The translations under genes were made by a program, and so were the position numbers. A DNA stretch of 64,000 nt from the human T2T-CHM13v2.0 reference genome, Homo sapiens: the NCBI RefSeq assembly GCF_009914755.1, contig NC_060926.1. The stretch is one strand, 5' to 3'. Shown in pieces: positions 1 to 14,680 of the stretch; the stretch's first letter is position 1; each line of letters opens with the position of its first letter. The notes beneath the pieces are model-generated. The model did no database searches. It was not told the DNA's origin and saw nothing but the letters and a program-made list of their open reading frames with translations.

Positions 1-301
1 CACATGTCAAGGGAGGGATCTGGTAGAAGGTGATTGGCTCATGGGGGTGGTTTCCCCATGCTGTTCTCATGACGTGAGTTCTCACAAGAACTGATGGTTT
101 AAAAGTGTTTGGCAGCTCTGCCCTCCCCCTTCCTGCTGCCTTGAGAAGAGGGTGCCTGCTTCCCCTGTGCCTTCTGCCATGATTGCAAGTTTCCAGAGGC
201 CTCCCCAGCCAGGCAGAACTGTGAGTCAATTAAACTTCTTTTGATTATAAATTACCCAGTCTCAGGTAGTATCTTTATAGCAGTGTGAAAATGGACTAAT
301 G
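1..301 (+). mobile_element. ERVL-MaLR LTR (THE1/MST type), cut by the window start
   Basis: Typical THE1/MST 3' sequence 'aactgtgagtcaattaaac...aattacccagtctcaggtagt...tttatagcagtgtgaaaatggactaat'. Confidence 0.85.
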
Positions 302-805
302 AAAAAGGAGAGTATCCTTGATAATTCAGAAGTTCTACCTTATATCATGTGTTCAGCCACTGTGAATGGCACCTCTTGAACCAGACTGTGTTGTGGACAC
401 TGCCATCGCCTAAATGACAACAGAAACTTCCTACCTGGCCCTCCTTGTCTCCAATCTCTCCCACTTTCAAACCATGTTCTCTGTTTTTCAAATTGATGAT
501 ATTAAGGGTTCTAATGTAGATTGGATCAAAATAATTTAGTAAAATTATTTGTCTCTCTTATTTGTCTCAAAATTAAAGCTCACTGAGATAGGGACTATAT
601 CTTATGATTTTTATGTTTGCTATATTGTCTTTCAAGTAGTAGACCCCCAATAAATGTTGAAATTAGTTTAATGAGAACCTTGTCAGGTTTGGCTACTTTT
701 CAGGGGGCTGAGTAGGGTGACCTTGATTGACAAAATATTCTGGAAGGAGGACCAAGTGTAGATATATGCAAAATTATACCTATATACAGTTTCTTCCTCC
801 AATTC

Positions 806-1314
806 TGTATTGTTAGGAACGTGTTCAGCTTCAAGAAATAGAAAGACTAGCTACATGTTTCAAATGAATAGAGTTTCTTTTTCTTACATAGCAAGATTAA
901 GGGTAGCAGTTGCCAGGATTAGCTCAGCTGCTCAAGTATGCCTCGGGACCCAGGCGCTTTCTATTCTGCCCTTTCACCATACTCAATTTATTGGCTTTAC
1001 CTCTGCATGATTTTTATCCTATGTTTGAATGGTGGATCTGAACATCACATCCACAGTCAGGGCAGGAAGAAAGGAAAGGGACAACACCAGCCATTCCTTT
1101 TATCAGGAAAGCAGTACTTTACCAGAAATCTCTATTCCCACCCCAAGCAGGCTATTACTTATGCATCATTGGTCAGCATTCTGTTACATGGCCACCCACC
1201 TAAAAGGAAAGCTGAGGCAGTACATTGTCTTTTCCAGCCTTCCTAGTGAAAGGAGACAAGAGAGAAGGGGGATTGGAAATTGCTATGGTTTGGCCAACCA
1301 GCAGTGCCTGCCAC
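806..1314 (-). mobile_element. Old MaLR LTR (MLT1J/K/L-like)
   Basis: tgtatt...ccaca termini and MLT1-type internal motifs ('cattggtcag...ttacatggccacc'); subfamily uncertain. Confidence 0.55.
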
Positions 1315-2014
1315 AGATTCTTCCCTTCCCATCTTCTTTGCCCCCATAAGAACGTCATCTCTGGGAAATTCAGATATATGTGCTCTTTTCACCACCTCTT
1401 ACCAGTCTACATATCAAAACTAGTTGTAAGGAAAGAATCTGAAACTTAGGGTAAATTCTGAGTGACAATGACAACTCTGGTATTTACATGTTAAAAGAAA
1501 CCAAAGCCTTAAGCTAGACTATCAGTACCTCTCACCACATGCAACATAACTGACAGCTCATGCAAGATAGTCTTCATTGTCCCTGTGCCCCACCCCAACT
1601 GACTGTAGTAATCCAAAATGTTCCTTTCATTTCCAAATGTCCCGTAAAGAATCTCCAGTTGAGAACCATTGAGCTAAAGGAATGGACCTCCAGGGTGTGA
1701 TGTCAGAAATCAACAGCTGGAGACTGAGTAAGAAATTGGGTTGGGAAAAAATGTGAAAATGACAGCCTAATGAGTCAATAAGACCTCCTCAGAACCCCTG
1801 AAAAGTTAATGCCATCTGAAAAAGAAAAAAACCTAAATAACTTCTCATTATTGTCTGCCATTAGCTCTTCAGAAAGAAGAGATCATTTTGGATTCTTATC
1901 TGACCAACGTCACTGCATTCCACAATCCATCAAAGACCACAGATGGAATGAGAACAGGGTTGGTGAAGTAAGTCTGACACCCAGTTTAGGGAATGGCCAA
2001 GGCAGCAGGCATTT

Positions 2015-2054
2015 ACACACACACATACACACACACACACACACACACATACAC
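2015..2054. repeat. Interrupted (CA)n microsatellite
   Basis: acacacacatacacacacac... read directly. Confidence 0.95.
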
Positions 2055-2572
2055 AGGTTATGCAGAATTTTTTCTAAGTTATATTGCAATGTCATCTGCA
2101 TACCATACAGTTCACCCACTTACAGCATACAATTACCGTTTTCTTTCCAAGATGGATTTTACTCGTGTCTGAGGACTGAAAGGTTGGGCTCGATGGTCTC
2201 TAAGGGATTCTCCAGCTTGCTGTGCTCTTCTACTTTTCTTATTTCTGGGAGAATAAAGGATGATGGCAAGAGGATTGCCTAGCCCTGCAATCAGTGCTGA
2301 GGCAGAGACGCTCTCTGCGTCACCACCCTGTACCCAGTACACTGAGAATGTGGTGCCACTGAGCAATAATTGTAACAGTTATAAATATGTATTTAATAGT
2401 ACCATCCTGTAAAGAGCTCAAAGATACCATTACTTTACAGCAGTATTTATTTTCAGTGTCTGCATTAAGTAGGTTGGGGTTGAGTATGAATATCTTTACT
2501 TCGCTGATAATGAAAATGAAGGAATTTGTTTTAGGTGGCTTAAGCAAAGTTCCATCATTTCTCACTGGGTTA

Positions 2573-2927
<355 letters not shown>

Positions 2928-3479
2928 TTAGGAGAATAAACGTTAATGGCAGTTTTCAACAAAATTGAAGAGAAAACATTACAATAAAATACAATTTTTG
3001 TACAATATGCTTGATGTGCTCTTTCAAACTTGATCTTTTGTTACTAACAATGAAGATTTAGCACTTATGTAGCACTTTTAATCCACAAAGCACTTTCCAA
3101 ATGTTAACTAATTAAACATCACAAGCACCCTAGGAATGAGAAAGTTATTATGTTAGAATTATATGCTTTCTGTAACATGTATATTAAATACTTCATTTTG
3201 AGTTCATCAGAATATTAGTGACATCGATGAAGGAAATTTCATCTTAACTAATTAATTGTCTTCTTTACATAAGGCAATAGAAAATGTTATTGAAAGTATT
3301 GATTAGATATTCTGAAATTTTCATTTAAATGGAATAATATATGGCTTGAGACTCTTAATGTCTATTTGCTGTGACATATTGTGATTTGAAAACACAATAA
3401 AGTAATATCATTAACTAGGATCATTTTAAATCAACCATTGAGAGGGTAAAAAAAATCATCAACAGTAATAAAAATTGCT

Positions 3480-3640
3480 AACATTTATCAAGCCTCCTCT
3501 ACGCCAGATACATTTGTAAGTGGTTTGCATTCATCAGTTTAATCCTGGGAACAACCTTATAATCAAGTATACAATTATTCCCATTGTACAGATGAGGAAA
3601 CTGAGGAAGAGAGGTTAAATATCCTAAACAAAGTTAGGGT
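3480..3640 (-). mobile_element. MIR fragment
   Basis: MIR core 'attattcccattgtacagatgaggaaactgagg...agaggttaaat'. Confidence 0.7.
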
Positions 3641-3717
3641 TAGGGTCCCAGAATCTATGTTCTATAATTATATAATATACTATTAAATTATACAATAACA
3701 TACTATCAGTCTCAGGA

Positions 3718-4002
3718 CTCTGAGAGGCTGAGGTGGGAGGATCGCTTGAGGTCAGGAGTTCAAGACCAGCCTGGGAAATACAGTAAGCTTCCACCTCTAA
3801 ATCATTTCTTTGTTTAATTAGCTGGGCATGGTTGTGCACGCCTGCAGTCCCAGCTACTCAGGAGGCTGAGGCAGGTGGATTTCTTGAGCCCAAGAGTTTG
3901 AGGCTGCAAATGAGCTATGATCACAGCACTGTACTCCAGCCCTGGCAAAAAAAAAAATAAAAATAAAAATAATGAGATCCCCATCTCTTCCAAAAAAAAA
4001 AA
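3718..4002 (+). mobile_element. 5'-truncated AluJ
   Basis: 'ggaggatcgcttgagg', 'ttgagcccaagagtttgaggctgca' AluJ-type diagnostics, with an A-rich insertion near the 3' end. Confidence 0.85.
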
Positions 4003-6289
4003 GGAAAAATAAAAAGACTTTGCAATCTTAAAGGCCCATGAAAAGTTACTAGTATAAAATCTGTCCAGGCACCCTTAGAAGTCTTAAACATATTTAATTG
4101 TGAATATAGAAAATGAGCTAAAGTTCTGGCAATGTTTCAAATTTGTGGAAAATAATGATAGATTTCATATTTTTCAAGATGATTTTAATGCTTGATAATT
4201 ACTTTAAATGCGCATATATTAAAACTATTCTCCAACACCAACCACAGTTAAATTTTTGAATTTTTAATTTGTCTGTTAATAACATCTAAAAACAACTGTT
4301 AAACCTAACACTGAGTGGGGAAAAAAAGCCATATGTAAAATGTTTCCTGTAGATATATAAAGTACGTAAAGATGTGTGTGGTTGTGTGTGTGTGTGTGTT
4401 TTACATAATATAAGCTCAGAACAAGTGGAATAAAATACTTATATCAGGAAAGAACCAAATCTAACCTTGGTAAACATATACTGTTTCAAATACCATAGTA
4501 AATTCAGTGGGTATTCAATAAGCATTCTTCATGCACACAGCATCTATTGAGCTTCTGCTGTGAATCTTTGGCAAGGAAGAAGAAATTTAAAAACAAAAAT
4601 TGTCTAGCATCTTATCTATAATTGAGTATATTACTACAAATATCTTCATAGAAAAAGAAATGCTCATTTGCTAGGATTCAATGTGCCAAGATACATGACT
4701 TAACATCCATGTTGAATCAAAATAATGTGTCATCCTGCAGTTAATTGTTTCATTTTACTATGGATTAGATGTATACTTCAATTCAAATAGTGACCTTGAG
4801 TTTCTCTCACTAAAATGCAGGAAAAAACCTTAAGTTATGAATGTAAATTTCATGTCTGATACTCATGTTATAACAGTGGCTCCATTGTATCATCAATGTT
4901 TTAAAAGTCATCTTTGAGAAAGCTACAGAATCCTCACCTCCTTGTTGAACCAACCCAGAGCAAATTCCCCACTCTTTACCCCTCCTCTTGCCATCCTTCT
5001 ATCACAATGCCCTCCCCACCCCCACCTGCAGAGTAAGAGGCATACCCCTAACAAGCCATGTATGGCCAAAGACACTAAAAATAGCTCGAATTTTAAAAAA
5101 CACTCTAGCTATTATGTCACTTATTGGGAAGATATATGCATTATACTATTTTGTTACTTTTTCTCCCCTGTAGCATTTCCATCACTTCATATTCCTGGAG
5201 GTATAAACATACGCTCAAAACAGTTAAAAACAACAAAATTAGTCATGGAGTTTACAAACCAAACATGTCAATGATATTTTGAAATGCTTGTTAATGTCAG
5301 CCTTATTAACCCTCCACTTGGAATAACTCATTTCTTTTGCTTTGTCAGAAAGACAATTAACTATTTTAAAGGTGTATATCACGATAAGAACAATAAAACT
5401 TATAATGCTTAGTGCATAGAAAATCAATAAGACATTTTACATTTACCTTCAAGACTGGAAAGTTTTTCTTTCACTTTCCCTTTGTTTTTTAACTACAGCT
5501 TCAGGAATAAGAAACATTGTACCTAATATGTGTGTTATGTAAGGCCAGTGGAGACAATACCACTCACAGGCACTTGTAAATCTTAAGCAAAGCTCTCTGA
5601 TTCAAGATATGGAGCCTAACCATCAAACAAATCTTCCAATTAAGAAGTCAATCATTTTGATAAAAAGCACCAAATTTGGTGATGTTAAAAGAAAGTTACA
5701 ATAAAAAGAAGGAAATGTGACAAAACAGCAGGGCATACTATATTCTAACTTGTCTCACTAGGGAATTAATGTGCTGTAATGTTTGATCACAATCTAGTTG
5801 TTAAGTGAAATGATTGTGTGACAAATGAGTGTAACATGTGTCACAAGGACTATCTAGATAAGGAGTGTTTCATGCCTAAGAAGGACAACATCCTATTTTA
5901 ATAAATCTATGGTAGGAAGGCATTTGTTTAAAAAATGTTTATTATTTTTTATCATAAAGATAATGTTTTCCTTTGTGTGTCCACGTAGTTGACACTGTAT
6001 TCTCTATAGAACTATATTTGTATTATATTTGGGAGTATGTATGTATGTAGATTTTTTGTCCTGCTTTTTTCATCTTGCATCTAACACCACATTTTCTTAA
6101 GAAAGAGTTTTGAAAATATAATTAAGGGATTCCTATTCTGCTACATAGCCTAAGTCAAAAGGAAGGAAAAGAAAGAGTGAAAAATGGACAGCCAGAAGCA
6201 GGACTTTCATTTACCATTCCCCCAAAAAGATTCTTATCACCATTATTGATCACCTCAGGTTTAGGCATATAAACAAGGGTGTGGCATGT

Positions 6290-6780
6290 CAGTACATCAC
6301 TCTTTATGTTGCAGATGACAGAAAACCCAACTCAAACTGCCTTAAATAATAAAAGAAATGTGTAAGGCTTAAGGAGTTGAATTTCTTCGGGAAGGCTGGA
6401 TTTAACAGCTTCATTGATTTTACCAATGAGCCAGTTTATCTGTATTTTCTACATTTTACCTTCCTTGGTGTTGAGTTTATCCTTCAACGCCGTATATTTG
6501 CCCCTAGTGGCTTCATCTGCAGCAGCTGCAAGCCTGACGTCTTTATAACACACCAACCAAGAAAAGAAAGACTTCAAAAGTCAAAGACAAATCTTTGGTT
6601 CAGGATCTCCTTGGTCCAGGTTGGGTCACATGCCTAACTCTGAACTAATCATGGGGGCCACAAAGATGAGATATCAATAATGCAATAAAGGCCCAGTCCA
6701 TGACTGAGAATAGTGTCAATCTCATCAACCAAACCATTGGCATGGTTTAGAATGGAGGAAGATACACTGGAAAATGACAA
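6290..6780 (-). mobile_element. Old MaLR LTR remnant (MLT1K/L-like)
   Basis: 'gttgcagatgacagaaaacccaactcaaactgccttaaataataaaagaaat' and 'ttgggtcacatgcctaactctgaac' motifs. Confidence 0.5.
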
Positions 6781-7809
6781 GGATTGTGAGACAGAATAAA
6801 ACCAAATAATAAAATAGTAAAATATGTACTCTATGCCAGACCAGTATTGTTCCACTGTGGTTGCTTCAGATCAGACCTTCTTGGATCTATTGTCTTCACA
6901 AAATAAAATGGGAAATGTTAAAAATGTGCAGATGATTCATAGATGAACAACAAAAATAACTGAAAGTATTTGGTCCTTAGCCTAAGGAAGGAAAATCTGA
7001 AATCTGATCTAACAGATTCCACAAGAATTGTTGTTTAAAAAAAGCTACAATCTACTTTATTTTTCCTTTTGGAAGGACAAAGTTGTTGATCTCTTAGATT
7101 TTCCCCTGTGACTGAATTTATCTTGCTGTTACACTGCCTGTTCTACCTCAGAGCCAGGCTAGAATGCTCTATTGCTGTATTATGGCTTAGAGTGGCAGAA
7201 TTAGCCAGGTCTCTTGGCTAAGCATATTGTCACTCACAAGTGTAACCACCACCACAAGGGCCAGCTTCTATTGACTGCTTACTATGAGCCAGACAGTGTG
7301 CTAAGAGCTTTACACGCACGCTTTTTAAGGTTCACAACTCCATTGGGTGGTAACTGTTATTATCCTCATCCTATAGATGAGGAAACAAAGTCGAGCTTCT
7401 TCTTCAAGGTCACATTCTCGAAGTATTGCAGAATTCTTTCTCCATGTCCAAATGAAAAGCAACATAATGAACCTATTTATAATAAGCCTATTGTAGGGCT
7501 CTTGGATAAGGTACTACTTTTTTAAAATAAGAGACTCATTTTTCTTGAGGATATATTCATGTACTCTTTGAGGATAGCTACCAAGTTTTATGCTCTTTGA
7601 ATGACTGTTACAGCTATCCTAGGACAATGACCATAATTGGCCCACATAGATTATATTAGTGGAGGATTAATCTGGTCAAAGATAGTCTTAAACTATTGTT
7701 CAAATATATCTCTCTATTTTATAATGATACATAGGCTTAGCTGAGTTTCAAGATTTCTTTTTCATGCTAAGTCTATAGGTATGGATTTTATCTTTACAAT
7801 TAAACCCTT

Positions 7810-8196
7810 TTGTAACAGATAGCTATTTCTCCTTAACAAACTGCCCCAACACTCAAATCAAAAAAATATATGAGCATTGATTATTTGTCATGTCTCTATG
7901 GGTTAGCTGAAGTGTCTTTGCTTCAGACTGGACCAGGACTACTCTGCTTCACTGCTGAAGGGGTATGACTACCTGGGGTGTATACTTACCTTGGTGGAGC
8001 CAGAAGAGAAATAAAAATAATCCTAGTGTGGAAGCATATGCCAAAACTTCACTCACATCATATTCTCTAACATCCTATTGGCAAAGGCAAGGTACATGGT
8101 CAAGATCCACATCAGTGGGATAGGGAAATGTACCTCTTTTATGGAGGTTTTTGAGGGAGAAGAGACTAAATGTTGTCTGAACAATAATTTATCACA
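7810..8196 (-). mobile_element. Old MaLR LTR remnant (MLT1H/I/J-like)
   Basis: 'taacaaactgccccaacactc', 'catcctattggcaaaggcaaggtacatggtcaag' motifs, ending in ...atcaca. Confidence 0.5.
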
Positions 8197-9440
8197 ACTC
8201 CTTAAATAAATGAGAAGAAAAGATTAACATGCATTAAGCACATACTCATTTATGCATCATTTTAGAAAATATTAAAGAGTAGGTACAATGTAGCAACTTT
8301 GTGCTAGATAACTGAGGCTGCAGTAATGAACAATAACCTAGTGGCAAAACAAATGTTTATTTCCTTGTGAGCCCTAATAGCAATCCCACTGCTAGACATA
8401 CACTCTTCCTTATTTTGCAGCTGAAGAAACTAAGGCAACAATTGATTAAATAATTTGGCCAAAGCCACACAGATAGGCAGCAAAGGTGGAATGTAAAGAC
8501 TAATCAGCCTGAGTAGAAAGCCTTAATTATTTCAACCTCATCAATTTTGCTTTCCAGTAATAGATAAAATCTTATATGGCTTCAGAAATGAATAATGAAA
8601 AATAGACCACCATGGGTATGAGTTAGGGTTCAATCAGGTAAGCAGGACTAATATAAGTGATAGAGAATAAGGAATTCATTTATTAGAGCAATTAGCCCTT
8701 ACACAGTTGAGGATGTCTGTTGCCTCTAGGTCTGGTGCTGAGCCCGAGGGCCAGCAGTCAGGAGGAGGAGATGGGTTTAATACCCATCTTAATGTAGGAG
8801 AGGCCAAGGACAAACAGGAATCTTTTAGGAGAAACTAAACATTCACCAAATCACTCATTACCTCAAGTTCCAATGACTGGGTGACTTGTGGGATAGGCCA
8901 GCATCCTTTAGTACAGAGCTGTATGTGCCCAGGACTCTCAGAATCCGAAGGAGTCTAATGAGAGCTGTAGCAGCTGTGGGCCCAGCAGCTGCCCCTTGCC
9001 AGCAGCAAATCTGTGACACCGCACACAAACTGCAACTGCACCTGCCTGACAGCAATCTTCAAAACCTAAAAATGTCTCCCCTCTACTTCCAAACCCTGCC
9101 CAAATAATTATCATGGCCAACCCTAACCTGAAACCACATAGGAAGGGAATTTGAGGAAATTGACATGGTCCAAAGCCAGCATACTCTGTTAGAACTCTTA
9201 CTATGAATCAATTAAAAGTAGTATTGTAGTATTTGAAAGAGGAATATATAAAGTAAAATGATTCACTAGAATTTTCAAGTGCTGTAGTATGGGAAATACT
9301 GAGAGAGATCAGAGAGTTCGTGTCCAGAAGCTTTTCCCCTGCTTCTCTTTATTGTCACATCTGGGAGTTATTCCTTTTAGGGGTTGGTGACAGATTATGA
9401 GTACTTTTCATTTAACATTAAATGTCATGCTTAAGGATTC

Positions 9441-9752
9441 TTTTTTTTTTTTTTTTTTTTTTTTTTCAGACAGAGTCTTGCTCTGTAGCCCAGGCTAGAG
9501 TGCAGTGGTGTGATCTCAGCTTGCTGCAACTTTCGCCTCCTGGGCCCCAGTTCAAGCAATTCTCCTGCCTCAGCCTCCCGAGTAGCCGGTATTACAGGCA
9601 CGTGCCACCATGCCCAGCTAATTTTTGTATTTTTAGTAGAGACGGGGTTTCACCATGTTGGCCAGGATGGTCTTGAACTCCTGACCTCATGATCCGCCCG
9701 CCTCGGCCTCCCAAAGTGCTGGGATTACAGGCGTGAACCACCACATCCGGCC
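9441..9752 (-). mobile_element. Full-length AluS (Sc/Sg-like)
   Basis: Poly-T followed by antisense Alu; 'ctcctgacctcatgatcc' 2-bp-deletion diagnostic; TSD cttaaggattc on both sides. Confidence 0.95.
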
Positions 9753-9804
9753 ACTTAAGGATTCTTAACATTTGTTTTTTCTCAGCATAATTCCTCTCTG
9801 ATGT

Positions 9805-10385
9805 ATACTATTTTGGCTACAAGTGATATAACTCCAACTCAAACTTGCTTAAGCAAAGAGGAGAAAATTTATTGGCCCAAATGCCTGGAAATTCAAGGAT
9901 GACTCTTGCTTCAGGCATAGCCTCAGTTCAGGAGTACAAATTGTATCATTAGGGTTAGGCAGTATCCCAACTATGCTAGCCTCTGCTTATCAGTGTGTGT
10001 AAGGTTCACATTTTCCTATGTCAAATGGACTCTCTTCACATGGAGGAAAACCTAAGCGCCCGTATTCCCAAGTGTGCATCTTTACATCTTGAAATGCAAA
10101 AAATAAATAAGCCATTTCTCTTCCAACACATGCACACACTGACATTCCTCACAAAAGGACTCTAAGTTGTCCTGTCTCGGTCATGCGCCCACCACTTGCA
10201 TCAAACACTGTAGGCAGAAGGAAGAGATACCATGATCAGACAGGCTTGGGTCTTCTGCCCATTGCTACAGCCACAAGCTGGCCCTTCACTGAGACTGACG
10301 TTTCCACCAAAACCCCCGGCATGAGGGAAGAGCAACTCCTTAAAGAACATGAGGGTTCTGGTGAAATTAAAATGACTGGTATCTG
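9805..10385 (-). mobile_element. Old MaLR LTR remnant (MLT1K/L-like)
   Basis: 'ccaactcaaacttgcttaagcaaagaggagaaaatttattggc', 'ggtcatgcgcccacc' motifs; same family as 6290 and 14281. Confidence 0.5.
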
Positions 10386-11037
10386 ATTCAAATGTACTTT
10401 AAGGGAAATAATTGTACCTCCTTTAATTGAGAGAGGGAGGATGTTGACACTTACGTTGTTATTTTCCCTTTTCTAGAAAGTACAGCAGTGGCATAAAGAA
10501 GCACCTTTATTAGTTTTCTGATAACAGATGGAATGTAAGGAGAGAAACACACACTGGCAATAGAACCAAATGCAATTTTCTATAGATAGCTCCGTCTACT
10601 ACTATACCAATTTAAAATACATTCAAAAAATTGCCACCAGATGAACTCTTTATAGCCAGCTTTAGCTTTGAGGGAAATAAAAGAAATCTAATGTCCAAGT
10701 GATATCTTGTAGTGGTTTGCTTTTGTTTGGGATTTTTTTTATTAACAAATAATCATGCATACAGCTGTTACACATTGGTCATTCACAACTCATATTTTTA
10801 TATGAATTTTCTCATAATCTTATACATGTGTGTGTTTATGTGAATGGAGAGGCTTCTAACAGTGAAGAATGGCCTCTAATTGTAATGGATTTTACTTTTA
10901 GGTAAATTGGTAAAAACTAATTTTTACAGCATGACTTTAAATGGCTATTTTTCTTAATGATTTTTTTCCAGACAGAATGTGAATCCAGAAGTAATAAAGT
11001 ACTGAAACCATTTCACAACTAAAAGTACTAAAGGATT

Positions 11038-11790
11038 TATCATTCACTCCTTCCTTCACTCTGTATGGAGGGGCTATCTTATGTCATACACTGAGCTAAG
11101 AACTAGGAATACTAAAAAGAGTAATACAGGTCCTTGCCCTGGATAAGCTCACAGAGTGGTGGAGGAAAATTCAAGAAACACAGAAAGTGCTATAAGCCAC
11201 TTATGTCCAAACAACTATTACAGCACAGAAGAAAAAACATCTCATTTTCCTGAGGGTGTCAGAGAAGGCTTTTTAGATGAGATTTATGGAAAAAATAGCA
11301 ATTTTATAATCAGAAGCCTAGAAAAGGGTATTCCAGGAAGAAAAAGCAGCATCCACTACTATAGAGCTCTTTGGACTAACTAGGTCACTGGTAGGACAGG
11401 GGACAGTGGGTAGGAGTGCCCAAGAAGCTGATAGGGGTGAGATCAGACAGAATGGGATGAGAACAGTATGTCATGCCAAGGAGTTTGGAAAGATAACTCT
11501 GGAAGCAAGGAAAAGGGTTGTGACAAATGAGAGAGACTGGTAACACTGAGACCTTATAGGTTGTAGAGAAGGCTTATAGAAGGTTGTAGACAAGGGGCCT
11601 AAAGGAAGACAATGGAAGCCTACAGAGACTTCTCCAATTAGAATGGAAATTAAGTAATGGATTGAATGAAAGAGCTAAGGAAGAAGAAGGAATGAAAATA
11701 TTTCTCATGCGTCTAGTTTAGGAGAAATTAGTTGGATACAGTTACCATTAAATATACTAGGGAAAATGAGAAGAAACAGACATAGGGGTA
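11038..11790 (-). mobile_element. L2 remnant
   Basis: Starts with cattcactcc (reverse of the L2 3' tail), then 'ccttgccctggataagctcacag' and a purine-rich body. Confidence 0.55.
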
Positions 11791-14035
11791 GAGATTGGGG
11801 CAGCAATGAATTAGAAGAGAGAACAGAGCTATGTTTGCCTGTGCTACTAGGCATTAATTTTGTGTTCAGTGCAACAGCTCATAAAATAATGTATTTTAAT
11901 CATAATATATTATTCTTTGATATATTTTGATTAATGTCACTTATGAAAGTATTCATCATGTCAATACACGTTATTAAATAACAGTATGGATCAAGTCATC
12001 TATTTCCATATTCCTAATACTTTATGAGAAATAGAGTGCTTTGAGTAGCAGTAATCTCATAATATATTTAATATTCTGTCTTCATAATTAGTATATTTAT
12101 TATAGATGCTTTTGGGGGGGAGATACTGTCTGTAAGGTATGTGACTGCACAATATTTTGAGACAAATAATTTCTGCTGACCTCAACTGGTGATCCCTTTA
12201 TTAAAGCTGAAAGCTAATACAGTTCATATTTCCTAAGCTCTATTTTTCATGTAGAGATGTTTTCATCTATAGGGGTATAACAAATGTTAAACCTTTTCAA
12301 ATGGTGTCTTTTGGTTTAATTTGTGAAACTGGAGGACTACAGATTCCGTTGGGCTGGGATTAAACTGTGTGCACCAGAAACAATATAGCTAATAGTTGTT
12401 GAATATACACAGCATTTTTCAATGATGCTCTGAGAAACATGCTTACTACTACAGTTTAACTTTCACAGTGATCTTAGATAAGGCAATAAAATGTATTGCA
12501 AAAGAGGTAGCTAAGATTTTTTTTCTTGTCAAATGTCGGGTCGCAGGGGGTGGTTTGGGTGTCTAGTCTTATTTCACACTAAGTCTTTTTCATTTACTTT
12601 TCTTAATGCATTCAAAAGTTGTTAAAGTTTCTTATATAAAAAATATGATTGATTGTTACAGTGACAGTAATTGCATTTTAGCAAAAGTAACCATTATAGT
12701 AATTTTCTTCAGGGAAGAGAAATCTAACTAACTAAAGTAGCTAGTTACTTCCTCACACATTAACTTTGAAAATTTTTAACATAAAAATACTTTATAAGGG
12801 AAGTACAGAGTGAAGAACATAAAATGGCATGCAATATTTATAAAACTACTTCCATTAGGTGGCTCACAATTTTATGTAGCTGTTAATCACAACTTAAGTG
12901 AAACAAAGTAGAGAGAAAAACTAAAATTTCCTTGCTGTTGGGTCAATTAAACTAAGTCCTCAATTGAAGCCTTTTAAAAATGACTCTCAGATATTTTTTT
13001 TCATTTGTAAACTACAGAAGGTAATGATTTTTTAAACCAAAAAGATTTATTCATATCATGGCCTTAGAAGATTGAATAAAATAACTACATGAAGATATTA
13101 TGATTGCAAAGAAAAAACAACTATTATACATGTGCATAGACAGGGTAATGTAGCATATAGTAACTTGTACATGTTAAATCACAAATGAAGCAGCATTAGC
13201 ATTTAATTTTATGTATTCCACTGCACACCTGAATACTAATTAGCAACTAAAATAAGAAATGTGTGGTACTGCATGTATTGATAAAATCTCAGTTTGGTAT
13301 TCTTCAGACACCATCAATTTAATATGAATTGCATACTGGGAAAAGATAGTTTATCATTTTTACAGTTTTGTTTCTAAAATCATTTTTCCTTATTATTGAA
13401 AGCAATATACTAATTTCAAAATCAGTTGAAGGTACATGGAATGCTGGCTAAATCTGGAATTACATTTTTAAATATTTATTGTTAACAATGTATAGACAGC
13501 AGCTGCCATTAGGAGTACAAAGCAGAAGCTGCAAATTCAGTATGCAAACGCATGAACAGTAATTCAAGATAACTTAAATCAATTGAGTCAACTCAAATTT
13601 TTCATTTTTAGTGAGGCACAGAGAACACTGGTACTTTGTCTCTGCCCTTCCTTAACCCTGTTTTTGAAATGGCCCCCAGAACTGCAAAAGAAAGATTTAT
13701 TTTGAAGGCTGAGATACAGAAAAAAGAGTTTAAACTTCATGATTTTCCCCTGGCCACCTCTGTTCATCTCTCTCCATCTCCATTCCTTTGCTAGCCTCTG
13801 TATTTAAATTGGCCTTTGCACTACCATTTGATTTATTTTTGAAGTTGTTATAGAAGAAAATTTCATTCACAAAACCACATTTCTTTAAATTAATACCTTC
13901 CTTTATTTTTCTATTATCCCCATAGATTACAGATCCCCTTCCATTCATTGGTACCATTCTGCCCATCTATCGCATCTATAATGCAAACTAGCTTTTATTA
14001 TACATGGCAGGGAGTTCAGTGGGGGAAATTGCAGG

Positions 14036-14036
14036 G

Positions 14037-14060
<24 letters not shown>
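14036..14060. repeat. (GT)n microsatellite
   Basis: gtgtgtgt run read directly. Confidence 0.95.
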
Positions 14061-14067
<7 letters not shown>

Positions 14068-14279
14068 TGAGTTGCAGTCTAAGGATTTAGTATACAGTTG
14101 GCTTATTGTAGTCTTTCAGCAAAGTCCTATCTGCTTAATGCATGGCTGGTATCTCACGTATTTATTAATAGAACACAAAGGTAAAAGGTAATTTTAAAAT
14201 AATCACAGTAGCAGACATCAAAATAAAATGTTTCAAAGAGAAGGACGCAATAAATATCTACCAAGAAAATCACAAGGAC

Positions 14280-14680
14280 TGTATTAGTTAGGATACTTCT
14301 AGTTATAAACAACAGGAAATCCAACTCAAATTTGCATAAATAATAAAGAGAATTTATGGGCTCATATAAGTAATAGTCCAGAAGATGGGAGACTTAGGTG
14401 CAAATGATCAGTTCCAGTTCCATTTGGCTGCCACTCTCTCAGTTCTTTCATTCTTTGATTTTTGGGTCTGCCCTTAAGCTACTTTCTTTCCAGGTTGCAA
14501 AGCTTTAGCTAGCAGCAACCGGGTTCATGTTATTTCTCATTTATATCTCCCAAAAGAAGGCATGTTCTCCTTTAGCCAAAAAAAACATCAAAGTCTGAGC
14601 TTCATTCTGATAGGCCCAATTTGGGTAATTCTTGAGTCATTTGTAGTGGCAAGAAGGAAAGATATATTGGTAGGAACCAA
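14280..14680 (-). mobile_element. Old MaLR LTR remnant
   Basis: 'tgtattagttaggatactt...ccaactcaaatttgcataaataataaagagaatttatgggctcatataa'. Confidence 0.5.

Noticed and set aside
12538-12556. CTCF-like motif gtcgcagggggtgg
   Set aside because: Several mismatches to the core consensus; not supportable without ChIP data
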